Shown: piece after piece, positions 25,067 to 37,399 of the stretch
Numbering within the stretch: position 1 is the first letter of the stretch
Layout of the letters: every line of letters begins with the position of its first letter
Source of the DNA: Camelus dromedarius
Taxonomy: Eukaryota
DNA: 64,000 nucleotides
Assembly (NCBI RefSeq): GCF_036321535.1
Contig: NC_087437.1
Location: 104,162,001 to 104,226,000 of the forward strand
Reading direction: 5' to 3'
Translations under genes and position numbers: made by a program
Notes under the pieces: model-generated
The model's database searches: none
What the model was told of the DNA's origin: nothing
The model's input: only the letters and a program-made list of their open reading frames with translations

Positions 25067-25600
25067 TGTGGAGAGCTTAGCTAACCTACTCCATGGTTTT
25101 GCTGCCTTGGCCTCCATTTTGTTTGACCAAGTGGGCTACAGAGACATTAAACTGACATTACCCTCTTTGTGTGAGCACATGCCCTAGGTAACAGCCTGCA
25201 GGGCCACAGACAAATTGTTCCTGATATGACTTCTCCAACAACCCTTATAATCTACAGTCTCACTACTTCCCAGTGCCTTCCCCTGTGCTCCCGTCAGATA
25301 ACACCCCACTGGGACTTTCCAAAACTTCATTCTTTTGGTTTAAATGGATGATCAGACCTTATCTAGGAACCCCAGAGCCACCCAAAGATGCCAATAAAGG
25401 CACGTGCCTCAGGTCCTGCCCCTTTCTCTGTCTGCACTTTGCCTTGACCTCCCTCTCTGGCCCCTCAAGGTTTTGCAGATACTTCCTCTAAAACCTGTGA
25501 ATGATGAACTTCCCTCTTTTAGCTTTACTTCTGGTCTTTTGTTGAAAAGTTTCTCACCGTCCTTTACCCTACGCTCCACGTAACAAGTGTTAATTTAACA
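25067..25600 (+). mobile_element. ERV1-class solo LTR (subfamily not assigned)
   Basis: TG...CA ends, cctccattttg U3 motif, higher GC than flanks, aataaa-like box at about 25393, ends ttaatttaaca; TSD not resolved. Confidence 0.6.
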
Positions 25601-26198
25601 GATCCATTAAAAACATATAGTAGTCTAAGAACATGTTTTTTATTTTCTAAACTTGCTAATAAATTTGGTTTGTGAGAAACACGAACGTGTATGTTTCTGG
25701 TTACCAAGATAAATTTCGTGAAAATACGTACATCACTAAAGGGTAGCTTCCCTTCTTTTTGAATCCATCTGCAATCATTGTTTGCTTGAGATCAGCGTTT
25801 ATTTAAAAAGCATTCATTAAGGTAAACACATGCACATATATACTACATACGAAACACTGTATTTTGGAAGACTGAAATAAAAATGTGATTCTTTAGTAAT
25901 TTGTATGAATTTGCAATCTATGAGGAGTTGAAGTTAATAAAAAAAAAAGTAAAAACAAAACAAAACAAATTTGATGTGTAAGTACTTATGTGAGGCAGAG
26001 AGGAAATGTTATATTTGATAAAATGAATAAAAATCAGTTGTAAATGTATTAATAGAGTTTGGCACTGCTTGAGTTGAACACAAAAAGATATGAGTAGGCT
26101 GTGATTAAATAAGTAAGTAGTGGGAAAAAAAATACAGCACCTAGTATCCGGTAACCAACCTGATGGTAACTGACCTGACCGTAACTGCTAGACCTTGG

Positions 26199-26610
26199 TG
26201 TTGTTAGAAGGTACTTGGCACTCACATAGGCTGTAGTGTTCTCTTGCAGAAGGTGGACAGCCTCACAGAACACTGTCAGCAAGTTCACAGTGTGCACCGT
26301 GATGAAGTGATACCAAAGCTAAGACCTCAGACAAAAACAGTCACTGTTCAACTGCACAAAGATACCAAACATTCGCCTCTCCTTATTCTTAACCCCTCTT
26401 TCCTAACACCACACATTCAGAGCAAATCTTGCTTTATGAACCAGTTCCAAAGTCACTACACAAACCCACAGGCTATAAGTTTTTCTAACAACCTATTTGC
26501 TAGATTCCCATAAATCCCTGTACTGCATGGTCTCTCTTGCAATGAGCTAATACACCCAACTTTTAACACAGGTATTGTTCCAATGTTCTGTTGCCCAGGA
26601 GGCATTAGCA
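26199..26610 (+). mobile_element. MER90/MER110-like ERV1 LTR
   Basis: tgttgttagaag start; cagacaaaaaca, accaaacat, cagagcaaa, gcaatgagctaatacacccaac, caggt...ggcattagca end. Confidence 0.75.
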
Positions 26611-26689
26611 GCATCTGGGTAATATTGCTACAGGAGTTCGGATGCTTTTGGCTTCATGAAGGGCATGGTATCACCAACTGCATCACTAA

Positions 26690-27168
26690 GAATTCTAAAA
26701 GCAAAGTGATGAGACAGTCAAGTATTAGAAAAAGCTAATGAAAGGATCATTTACTAAAGGGTGGGAAGAATAAGAAGAACAGACAAGGAATTGCCAGGCT
26801 CCCAAGAACATCAGAAAGCATTTATCACCTCTAGACCTGAAAGGGCTGATGAGGCTATTTCTGGTACCTAGTGCCAGGGATGTAGGAACTGCCTACCCAA
26901 AGCCGAAGTCTTCAGGAGAGAAACACAGTCATTGCTAAAACATCATTAGGTGATCGAAGAGGAGGGTAAAAGTACCCTGAACTCTCTTCCCTCACAGCCT
27001 GTAATCACTATCTGTACTTCTCTTTGCTCAAACCAACGGAAGAAAAAGGTGAGAAATTATTGGCATTTCTGTATGGAAGTCATTAACTATCTGGGGCACA
27101 CAGAGTTTGGACAAGGTAGAGTTTGTGCATGTTGGACCTGGAGGGTAAACAGAGAATATCCAGCAGTC
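26690..27168 (-). mobile_element. Ancient LTR (LTR78/LTR79-like)
   Basis: Terminal ggacctggagggtaaacagagaatatccagca, ggggcacacagag, agtaccctgaactctcttccc. Confidence 0.6.
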
Positions 27169-27169
27169 T

Positions 27170-28665
27170 AACAATAAGGGGCTTAAACAAAAGATGTTAA
27201 TTTTTTCACCCACGTGTAATTTCAAAATAAAGTTCAGTGGTAGATCTGTTTTCATAGATCTGTGACTAACACAGTCATGTAAGGCACCACACTCATAAGG
27301 GCACCAGGCTTGGTTTAATAATGAGCTGTCACCATCTTACAGTTCTTAATAACTGTTTTCTTAGAACTTATGCTTTGAAGGTGAAGTCCTATGAGGCATG
27401 GAGCATACAAGTAACAGATGGAGCCACATGTGATACATCCGTCTGCCATTTTCTGCCACCACACCCTGATGTTCCTTGATCATCCATTCACACAGCCATT
27501 CGTGACGTCCCCCAAAACATGGAATTCCAGTGGATCCACTATGTGTGGGAGTCAGAGAGACAAAGCAAGCATAAGGTAAACATGTTATGTCTACAATTAA
27601 GTAGGTGCATTGATAGTTCCAAGAGACTCCACTTTCTGTTCAAGTGAGAACTTGCTTCAAAAGCAAATACAGTGGTGTTCTAAGAGACATATATGCCTAA
27701 GGAAACCTATCACATCTTTTCTCGCTCGTCACTTCCATGACTATCCAACCATGTACGCTGAAGATGATGACGTAGAAGGAAAGGGAAAGACAGAGTGAAT
27801 CACAGTTCTTTTTCTTTCAGTTCTTTCTTACTCTTTAATAACATGAAAGGAAAGAGTGCAGAGTAAGCATATATCAAGAAGTGAAATAAAATGACTGACT
27901 TAGTTTTGTGCAGTTTTTACTATTTTGGTAAGAGTTAAATATATAAACAAGCGCTAGCTATGGGACATGAATTGTGTCATTTTAGCGATTCTAAGTACTT
28001 GCAAAGTGCTCTTAAGTTTACAATTAAAATTGGAATTGTATAAGAATAAGTGGGAAAGGTCATGCTAAAAATTTTCAGAATAGTGTTTATTTACTTTGAA
28101 TTACATTAAATTACAAATAGAAAACATTATGACAAATTGAGAGAGGCCATGAGAAAAAAGGAAAAGCTTTATATTTTATTACCTTTTTTTTTAAAAATTA
28201 CCTTTAACAATGATTTTATTTCCCTTTTATGAAGAAGGGTTCTCAATGTTTATTTTATTTTTTTTTAATTGTGCACTAGGCAACCAAAATTTTGTAGCCA
28301 GCTCTTACAGCAGCTACAAAAATATACAATATCTGGATCAGTTTTCCTGTGAACTATGTGGCCCCCCTTCTCTACTATGTTTGTAATATGACCATGGAAG
28401 CTCCAAGAATATGCTCTCATTGAGAAAACACAGGAAAAGAAAGCTACCTTCTTCAGATATGAGTCTCTTTCATCAGGAGGAAAACTCAGTCTCAGAAGTC
28501 TCCCAGTCACCCATCCCCTGCTCCCAGAAGGTGATTCACGGTCTTGTGAAAAGGAGGACAATAGTTTGAGGGCCTGGCATTGTTCATTTCTATAGAGGGA
28601 GACTGTGAGAGCAAGAAAAAGCAAGGACAAATTATTTTGAGAAATGATCAGCGATGTGGGCCACA
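27170..28665 (-). mobile_element. Old MLT1 (I/J-like) LTR split by MER97 (pieces about 27170-27240 and 28307-28665)
   Basis: ggcttaaacaaaag...tttttcac on the left; tctctttcatcaggaggaaaa...cagaagtctccc...gccaca on the right. Confidence 0.55.
27241..28306 (+). mobile_element. MER97-like non-autonomous hAT-Tip100 DNA transposon, near full length
   Basis: Continuous match: gcttggtttaat, ggaattccagtggatccac, gaagatgatgacgtagaaggaaagggaaagac, tatcaagaagtgaaataaaa, tgcactagg...tgtagccagctct; possible decayed 8-bp TSD ttcagtgg / tacagcag. Confidence 0.9.
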
Positions 28666-29497
28666 GCTATGAATAACTATTAACTTACACAGACTAAAAT
28701 AGCAAGTTGGTTGGTGATGGTCACACTTTCTTTCCATTTACTTTCCTTCTTTGCCAATTGATAGCCACTATCCCTAAATTTAATTATGTATATATTTTAA
28801 AACCATTGTTAAATGGCTTACATAGCAGTAAATAAATTAGAATTTTATCCATCAAATTTACAAATGCCCACAAGGCATAAAGAGTACAACTTTCCTGAAA
28901 GTGCAGGCTTTTGTAAGTCTTTCTAAATATTTTCATGTGTTTATTATCCGACTTACAAAGACACAGCTTTTTTGGTTGACAATGTCTCCTATCAACGCAC
29001 CAAGGCAAATGAGATCTTTGTTTTTTTTTCTAACAATTTCTTCAAATTAAATATATAAAGTTTTACTCTAAATTGTTAAATCATATCGGATGTTGTGGAT
29101 GTGTGTATGATACATTTTGAGACTTAAAATGCTAGATAATTTCATTACTTCATATTTGAAATAATGGTCAGATACTGCCATCTCCTGTTTACTAAATAAA
29201 TTTAAACACACACACCTTTGTGTGCACACACCTTAGGAAGGAAAGTCAGAACTTAGTGACACTTTAGAACTTTGATAACAACTCCAGGTTTGTGAGTATG
29301 TTGACTCTTTGGAGCTTTTGATTTTTCAGAAGTAGAAATGTGAAATTAATTCAAATAAGTGTCTTATTTCTAAGAATCAGATTTTACTTAAAATAATAAA
29401 AAAGTGTTAATTGTGTGGCCATGATTTTTTATGAGTATTAAAGATGCAGACCATTTAACATCACACAGATGTGATCTTCCTTGACGTTCTGTCACTA

Positions 29498-29650
29498 ATT
29501 TTTTGCTTTGTTTTTTTTTTGTTTTTTTTGGTGGAGGGAGGTAATTATATTTATTTATTTATTTATTTTTGGAGGAAGTACTGGGGATTGAACCCAGGAC
29601 CTCATGCATGCTAACCATGTACTCTACCACTTGAACTATAACCCCTCAAC
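29498..29650 (-). mobile_element. Vic-1-type camelid tRNA-Ala-derived SINE
   Basis: Antisense tRNA head (ctggggattgaacccaggacctcatgcatgctaa...ctaccacttgaactata), (TTTA)n, poly-T; 11-bp TSD ttctgtcacta at 29487-29497 and 29651-29661. Confidence 0.9.
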
Positions 29651-30075
29651 TTCTGTCACTATCGTTTGAGATTCTTTCTAGCCTTCCTCAAGTTTAGCAG
29701 ATCATGTTGCTTGTGTGGTGTAGAATGACACACACCTTGCACTCTGTTGGGCTTTCCTTGCTAAATGTCAATCCTTCCGTCCATCTTTTCTTCAGAACTC
29801 CATCATCTTCCCCAGTCTCACAGTTCACTAGCCTACATACTCCTCTTCTTTATATTCCCGGTCTTTGATATCACCTTATATATTTAACTGAAAAAAAATC
29901 AAAGCCATCTCTCTATTTTATTGACTGCCTCAAACTTCTCCTCCAACTATTCCACATTTCCTATTGCTCATCTTTGTTGAAAAAAATAAGGAATATATTC
30001 ATTCTAGATGATAAAGGTAATAATCTTGAGATGACAAGAATGCTCTAGACAAGATTATTTTTAAAAATAAGTTAT

Positions 30076-30235
30076 GGAGAGGGGAGGACAGAGCTCAGTG
30101 ATAGACTGCATGCTTAGCATGCATGAGATCCTGGGTTAAATCCCCAGTATCACCATTTAAAAAATGTTAAAAAGAATAAATAAATAAATAAACTCAATTA
30201 CCCCCCAAAGAGTTCTAAAAATAATAAAATAAAAT
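30076..30235 (+). mobile_element. Vic-1-type camelid tRNA-Ala-derived SINE
   Basis: ggggagg...gctcagtgatagactgcatgcttagcatgcatgagatcctgggttaaatccccagta (A/B boxes), (TAAA)n, A-rich tail; TSD aaaaataagttat 30063-30075 / aaaaatgagttat 30236-30248 at a tt|aaaa L1 endonuclease site. Confidence 0.9.
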
Positions 30236-31829
30236 AAAAATGAGTTATTGGAAGAAAGCAGTCATTTTAAAAGCCAGAATTGACTAAAGAAAATGAAACA
30301 ATATTTTAAAATTTAACTTAGTTTTAGCTACAGATTAAGAATTTCTAAGAATAGCATGAACATAATACATCAGAACATTTTACGTTGCAAAAGGCTGTAA
30401 CACAAGTCCACTTTTCCTAAAACCCAAAGAAGAAAAAGCAGCTGAGGCCTGCAGGCCTTGGATGTGTCTGTACTACAGGGGAGAAGTAGCTGGTCCCTGG
30501 AAGCCTTAAATGTAGAGGACTACCTTACTACATTGCCATTCACCTCAATCACCATTTTATTAAAGTTGTGTGCATCCTTGTTGCATTGAAAATCTATGAC
30601 ATGACAGGTACATTTCCCTTCTGAAGCACACTTCATGTGTCCTAGGGATTCCTGCCCAGCTGTTGAGAAGTACCCATCCCCTAAGTGCACTATTTGCTGG
30701 CCAGGAGATGTCAAAGGAATTGTCTCTCTGGAACCATTAGGGCGTGACTTAAAAACACTTTAAAATTGCTTCATGTGCAATTACAGAACAAATAATTCAT
30801 GAGCTTCTTCATGCATTAACAATATATTAATAATAATTAATTAATTAATTTTGATCATGAGCCGTACAAAGCCTCCTATTTTCCATATTGTCACTTCTGC
30901 TAGTCTGTCAATTACTATAGATACAAAATTAGAGCCTTTGAACACACCTGCATGATTTGTTCATCATTCTTCAGAACCATTCTTCAACGATTTACACTAA
31001 TCCAACCCCCTTGCTTCTTATCTTCTTGAAAACATGTTTACCTACCATTATTTCATTTACGTTGTTTTCCTTTCAAATTACAATGAATCATGGATTATAA
31101 TACTTTGTTCTATTGCTTTTAACCTACCTACTTACTCTTTTTGTTTATTTACACTTAAGTTTCTTCTTATTGCCAACCTCTTTGCTCAGATTTGAAAAAA
31201 TGCCCCCGTGGAAAAGACTGACAAGGCTTCCCCCAATCAATTCCCCTCGTTTTCCTTCATAGTACCTCATTGTTTTATTTTTCTTGTTCTAACTTTTTTT
31301 CTTTCTTTTTTTCATTGGTACATTTTGTGCCTCATGGTAATTGTATTCCCTTATCAAATTTTATTTGATTATGTTGATTTTTCTGCTAGTATTTCTCACT
31401 TAATCATTGTATTCATTCTTTAACCTTCAACAAACATATCTATTTACAGTGCCACAGAATCTACATATAATGATGTTGAATTCTGTACTTAGAAGTACTG
31501 ACCACCAGCACTAACACCAACACAAAACAACTAATCAATGAACAAAACAGCATAAACATAATCAGAATAAAATAGAGATATAGTCTAGTCCAAGTTATGG
31601 CCTCAATCCAACATACCACCATTATCTATTCCTATACTTTGTGTTCCTGGCAATGCATTAATTGATATTTTTATATGCCATATTTTAAATGCCAGTTTAC
31701 TGTAAACTTAGATATCATTTCAAATAAATACATCTTCTTGAATCTCAAACCTAATTTTTGTGCTTTTTTTTGTTTTACCTTTGTTTCTTTTCCCTTTTGT
31801 TCTCATTTATTTCCTTCATTTCTTCCTTT

Positions 31830-32360
31830 CCTTCCATCCTTCTTTCACTTATTAAATATTGAGTGACCATTTTTACTACCTGTTCTAAGTGTATAAGATA
31901 CAGAAATGATGAAAACATAAAATGTTTCTGCCAGTGTGGGTGTGGGGAAGACAGATAATTAAAATATACCAATAAATATTATATTTTTATATAGACTATG
32001 AGAAAAATTAAGCAGAGTAAGATCTATAAACATTGGGAGCAAGGACATTTTTGGTTTTGTAAAGGGCGATCAAGGAAAAGCTAAAAGAAAACATAAACAT
32101 AGACTTTAAAGAAGTGATCATGCAGATAAGTTAGCTATAGACATTAGAGCAAGAGAATTTCATACAGAGGAAATCTTAGGACAAAAAATTCCTGAAATCC
32201 AAACAGAATTGGTCAAGTCCACTGGGGACAGAAGCTATAAACTAGGAAGTAGCAAGTAAGTTTTTGGTAATAATGCAGGTGAAAGATGGTGAATTCGGTC
32301 AAGATGACAGCAGAAATCTTACTAAGAAATGGTCAGATTTCAGATCTATGTTGAAGTCAA
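31830..32360 (-). mobile_element. L2 fragment
   Basis: aaatattgagtg...gttctaagtg...gatacagaaatga; ggggaagacagataa; gcaggtgaaagatggtg; agaaatggtcagatttcagatctatgttgaag. Confidence 0.7.
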
Positions 32361-33414
32361 ACTATGAGAATAAGTATTATATTTCTATAATATACTTATA
32401 AATGAACACTATATTTTTATTCTATATACCTCAGTAGTTAAATTATTTTAATTAAAATGCGTATGGCGCTTAGTTTCTACCACAGTTATGGGAATTATCA
32501 TTTATTGAGTATAGTTATGTTTTATTTGTATAAAGTCTGCTAGGAGGTCTGTAAAGTTAAATTATGAGTAGATATTGATGAATAAAGGAACTAAATGATG
32601 AATTAAATAGAGAGCGTTGTTTCATTATACAGTAATACTTTCTGGTTAAATAAAATACAACTTTGCTTAGGAATATAGATATACATATTAAAATATAAGA
32701 AAGAATATATAGATTAAAAAGGAAAATATAGATTAATTTTCCAGTTACAATATATATTGCTTTGCTGACTAGGAAAGTTGAACAACTGTCTCTTTTTTTT
32801 TTGTTATTTACACATCTATATTCTTTTTATTTTACTGTAGAAATGTTCAATTTCTTATCAACTTTATAGATTATATTTTTATTACAAATGTATTCCTTGG
32901 GCTTTTCCTTATGTTGCACATAAAAAATAAAGTAGAATGTCCAATTTTATTTTTTTTAAATATATATTGTCAGTTGTGCCAATTTTGTTTATTGATTCAA
33001 ATAACTATATTTAAGTATTTTAAATATCAATGTATATTCGGATATCTTACTTAATTTTTTATTATGTCTAACATTTATTTTCTTTTTCTTTTTTGTTCAG
33101 TACCATATTAATTGTATTAGATTTTATTATTTTTAAAATTAAATTTCATATGACTCAATTAATTATTTATTAATTTAACAATCATTGCTGGTCAACTAGT
33201 TTTCCAATTTAATGATTAATAATGAAATCTCAAAGTTTTGATGGATGTTTCTTTAAATTCATGCAATCGTGTGTCAAGGATGAAGATTCACTGGAGTTTT
33301 AATGGACTCTATTCTGTCTCCCACATTAGTAAGAAAAAATGGTACTATGAGCTACCATTATGAACATAAAATAGTTATATTGCTCAGGTGTAACAAGAAT
33401 ACATTAAAGATGCA

Positions 33415-33847
33415 TCAGCTCAGGCACGTCAGTGAGCTGTAAAAGAATATTGAAGGATACAATGGCTGGAATAGTTTATTTCTCTCTCAAGGAGGTGTCC
33501 TGGAAGCAATACTGGAAAGAGAACTTCCCAGGTTCCTGGATCCAAGGTTTTCTCTCCCGTTGCTCTGCACTGCTCTACACATGGTCCCAAATGGGTGTCT
33601 TGCTCCCACAGCACTGCAGTCGCTGAGGGGAATAGCACACTTTCTCCATTGGAGGCTATCATTTGAGCTGTCCACATTGCTTCTGCTCTAATCCACCTGA
33701 GGTCAGAATCTAGATCTGTGGCAATACCTGCATGGAATGCCGAGCAAAGTACGGTAAGCTAGTTGTCTGGGGGGCCCATGGGAAACTTACAGAGATAGAG
33801 AATGGAGGGTAACATATACTGCCAGATAAGTACCAGCTCCTGCCACA
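33415..33847 (-). mobile_element. Old MLT1 (H/J-like) LTR
   Basis: aatggctggaatagtttatttctctctca...gttgctctgcac...cacattgcttctgctc...ctgccaca end. Confidence 0.6.
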
Positions 33848-36512
33848 GTACAGACCTAGTATGATTTTACAATAATAAAAATTTTTAACTGATTGTAATT
33901 ATGTTCAAAATCTATAACTACGTAGGAGGGTGCACTTGCTTCTCACTTTGATTTTACATGTTCACAAGAGAATATGAACTGTCTTGATTACTGATGACGT
34001 TACTTTCTTTTCTGCACATGAAAATGTACTTGGATTTTACTTATGCTCTAATATAGACTAATACATACTAAATATCTGTCTGTTGTGGGTGTTTGAATGG
34101 AAGGTGTAGTGCTTCTTTAGAGAAAACATGATTCACATGTAATTATCAAATACAACATTCAACACATATGATTGAACAAATTGAAGATTGGTATTTGTGC
34201 TTGGAACATATTGGGTATTGTATTTGCTGAAATTTTACATATTTTAAGAACCTTGTTATCATTCAGCTATAAATATAAAACTTTATTCTTATCCCTATCA
34301 TAAACTAAGAGCAAATTAATTAATAATCATATTTTACTTTATGAAATAAAATTGTACAGGAACTTTATAAATACATGTCCAATGAATAAGGTTAGTATTT
34401 AAGCAGTTAAAACAAATTCTGCAGCCAAGATCGTGATGTCCTTAACTTAACCCTTTTTTTATACTTTCAGAACATATTTCAATGTCATAAAAGAAAAAAA
34501 ATCCTTAATTATTCTATCTCTTTATTTTCCATGGTAAAAAAGAATTCAAATCCTGTATATATCATATATGCTTCTGAAAATAATAAAGAATAAATAAGAT
34601 ATGGTGCAAAGTATTTGCAAATTAGTTCCAAATAATTTATTCAAACACACCAGTGTACTTTTGAAGAGAAAACCTTCTACATACTAATTACAGTATCTAA
34701 CTGTATAATTTGAGTTATTCAGCTTATTTGTTTCCTGAGTTCTTTATTTCCAGTGAAGTACTTCTGAGGTAAGTCCTATGATTCAGTGACCTTTAAAGTA
34801 AAATTGAAATATTTGATTTTACAACTTTTCTTTACTTCTCTCTCCCTCACTACATGTAGTCTATAAACCCCAGTAGAATTAATTGCCTAATTACAGGGAC
34901 TAAAAAGGAATGCCTTTTGAAAGATTTAAATTTAGATTTCCTGCAGTGGAGATTTTTCCTGACCACCTAACCTACACAGTTTGTACCCATTAAAGAAAGA
35001 AAATAAGCATATACTTGGCAACACAATTTTAACCTGATAACAACTGTAATACGAGTGCTCCATAATTTTAAGTCATTTTACAGTCTAATAGCAAAGTCTG
35101 GAGCCACTGTAGTGGTTAATCCTTATTCATAATCATTTATCCTCTCAGAAATGAGCTCCACCTTTATTGTTTTAATTGTTTTCTTGGTACAACTTAAGTA
35201 CATAGCAGCAAATCAGGCGATAAGAAAAATATGAACAGTAGCTGAATCTACACAGCACTGGGGAGGAAATTTTCCAGTCACAAGATTTGATGAATTTTAT
35301 AAACAAGATTCACAAATAAAGCCCCTGTGAATATGCCTGGGACAGACACCTGTGCCCTCTGATGAAAACGCCTATTTTAATACAAGCTACGTATCTGCTT
35401 TATCTGTGGGCTAATACTATTTTCCGGCACCCATGGGTTCAGGATGTATGTGATACAGGCGTGTTAGCTGTACACAGGCACACCTAGAGGCAGTATCAGA
35501 AGGCCAAGGATGTAAAGGCAAATGGGTAAGATTATTTAAGCTCTCTTGTGATATTATAGAAAACCGGAAAAAAGGTGGCCACTTTTATCTGGAGTATTCA
35601 TAGAATAAAGAAGACACAAAATTTAAAGGCAACTTTGAAGGGGGAAAGTGAGAAAGTGAGAAATCAGTCAGGTTCCCAGTAGGCACTGTGTCCAGGAAAG
35701 TTTCCTTTCATGGTAAGAAAAAAAAAATCTCTATTTAAAATGTCAGTGTAAATAAAATAAGTTGCGAATCTAGTTTAAATGATTTGCTATTTTCTCAGCT
35801 TCCCTCTCTTTGACCTTCTCTCTTCCCTATTCATAGAAGATGCCAGTTCTGGGCTCATTGTCACAAAGGAGGAATTCACGAGAAGGAAGCAGAGATAAAA
35901 GGAAATCTCTTCCTAGATCTTTGTGCTCCAAGAGCAGGTGGCATTTAAGGAAAAAAAGAAAATCAATCAAAATCCTTGCTGTCAGTGGATTTAATTAAGA
36001 GTTCTCCTTCATCCATTAGGGAAAAAATAAAAAATAAAAGATTTTCTTTCCTCAGGTAGGAGGAAATGAGGAAAGCAAAGCATGAGATTCTCACTACTAT
36101 TGAATCTAAAATGGAGAGAACTTGTCTTTTTGTTTTGACCTTGGCTTAATGATAGCAGTAATATCCCAACGAGTTTTATGAACTGGAGAAAAGAGGTAGA
36201 TCCCTGAGCACATACAGGAAGAAGCAGTGGGAGAAGATTGCACAGGGAGTCTAGGCAGGCTGGTCTTAAAACCAGCCTCAGAGATCCTCACAGTCCTGCC
36301 AGGGCACTCAGTCGATGATTTGGTGGCATCAAAACATGGGACATGGATAACAATCAGACAGAATGGGTGATGTTCATGGAAACCAGGGCGATCTTAGCAG
36401 CAGTGAACATGGGCTAAAAGTCAAGAATCAGGCAAGAACATAGAAATGTCTGTGTTGACAGATGCCATCAAGTACTACACCCATCCCCAGGCCTGCAATC
36501 TTGCCTTGGTAA

Positions 36513-37119
36513 TGAGACAGGGAGGGGGCAGGGCACAGCCATTCAAGGAATGCTACAGCAATTAACATCAAAATGGTGAAAGATTCAACCCCCAGTAGGC
36601 CTTGAGGCTCAAGATGGAGGGAGATTTGACCTCTAGCAGATCTTGAGCTTCATTATACGCCCACTGTAATGTATTAACATGGTGAATAACATGCCCACAG
36701 GCACCATGGCAGTCCCAAGGCTAACCACAAAAGGTCAAAGAATGGGAAATGGCCAACTTCCTGGGAATCCCAGTCCCTTCCCCAGACTAGTTAGACTGGT
36801 CCTTCCACTTATTAGCATATGAAGCCACTGAGCGCATAAAACTGGCAACACTGTGCCTCTTCAGGAGAGGGCCCACATTCTGTCCATGGAGTGTGTACCT
36901 ACTTTTAATCTGAGCACCCAACCCCCACACCTCATGGCTTTTCTCTTGCCTTCCAATGTACCTATCTGAATAAATCTACCTTTACTCAAGTGTGGCTCGC
37001 TCTTGAATTCTTTCCTGTGTGAAGCCAAGGACCCACACTTTGCGGGGCACGTCCCAGGGGATCAACCAAAGCCTGCAACACAGTCCTTCTCACGCCCCAC
37101 ATCTGTTTTTCCTGCATCA
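36513..37119 (+). mobile_element. MER41-like ERV1 solo LTR, intact termini
   Basis: TGAGAC...GCATCA ends with perfect 4-bp TSD gtaa (36509-36512, 37120-37123); MER41-like blocks tgtaatgtattaacatg, cccacaggcaccatggcagt, ttagcatatgaa, aataaa, ttgaattctttcctgtgtgaagccaagg. Confidence 0.9.
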
Positions 37120-37399
37120 GTAATGTATTATCTCCCTAGGATTACACCCACATCTGGGGAAGGTGCTAGATTTGGGAAATCCTAAATCAACTTAGATTGT
37201 TTCCACTCTCTGATGGAGTATAAATTAAATGTTGAAATATTGAAATAGAAATTATATTGAATTATTGAAAATACTGAGAGGGAAACATTCCTTACAAAAC
37301 ATGTATTTCACATTTAGCTTGTCAATGCATATTCATACGGAGAACATTTAGGAGAGAGTTTTGGAAAGTAGTGGGGGAAGCCACACTGCATAAGCCCAC

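Noticed and set aside
30081..30153. tRNA-Ala gene
   Set aside because: Followed by SINE body, A-rich tail and TSD, with mutated A/B boxes; it is a SINE head
35477..35496. CTCF-like ggcacacctagaggcagta
   Set aside because: Core is one base short of the required spacing
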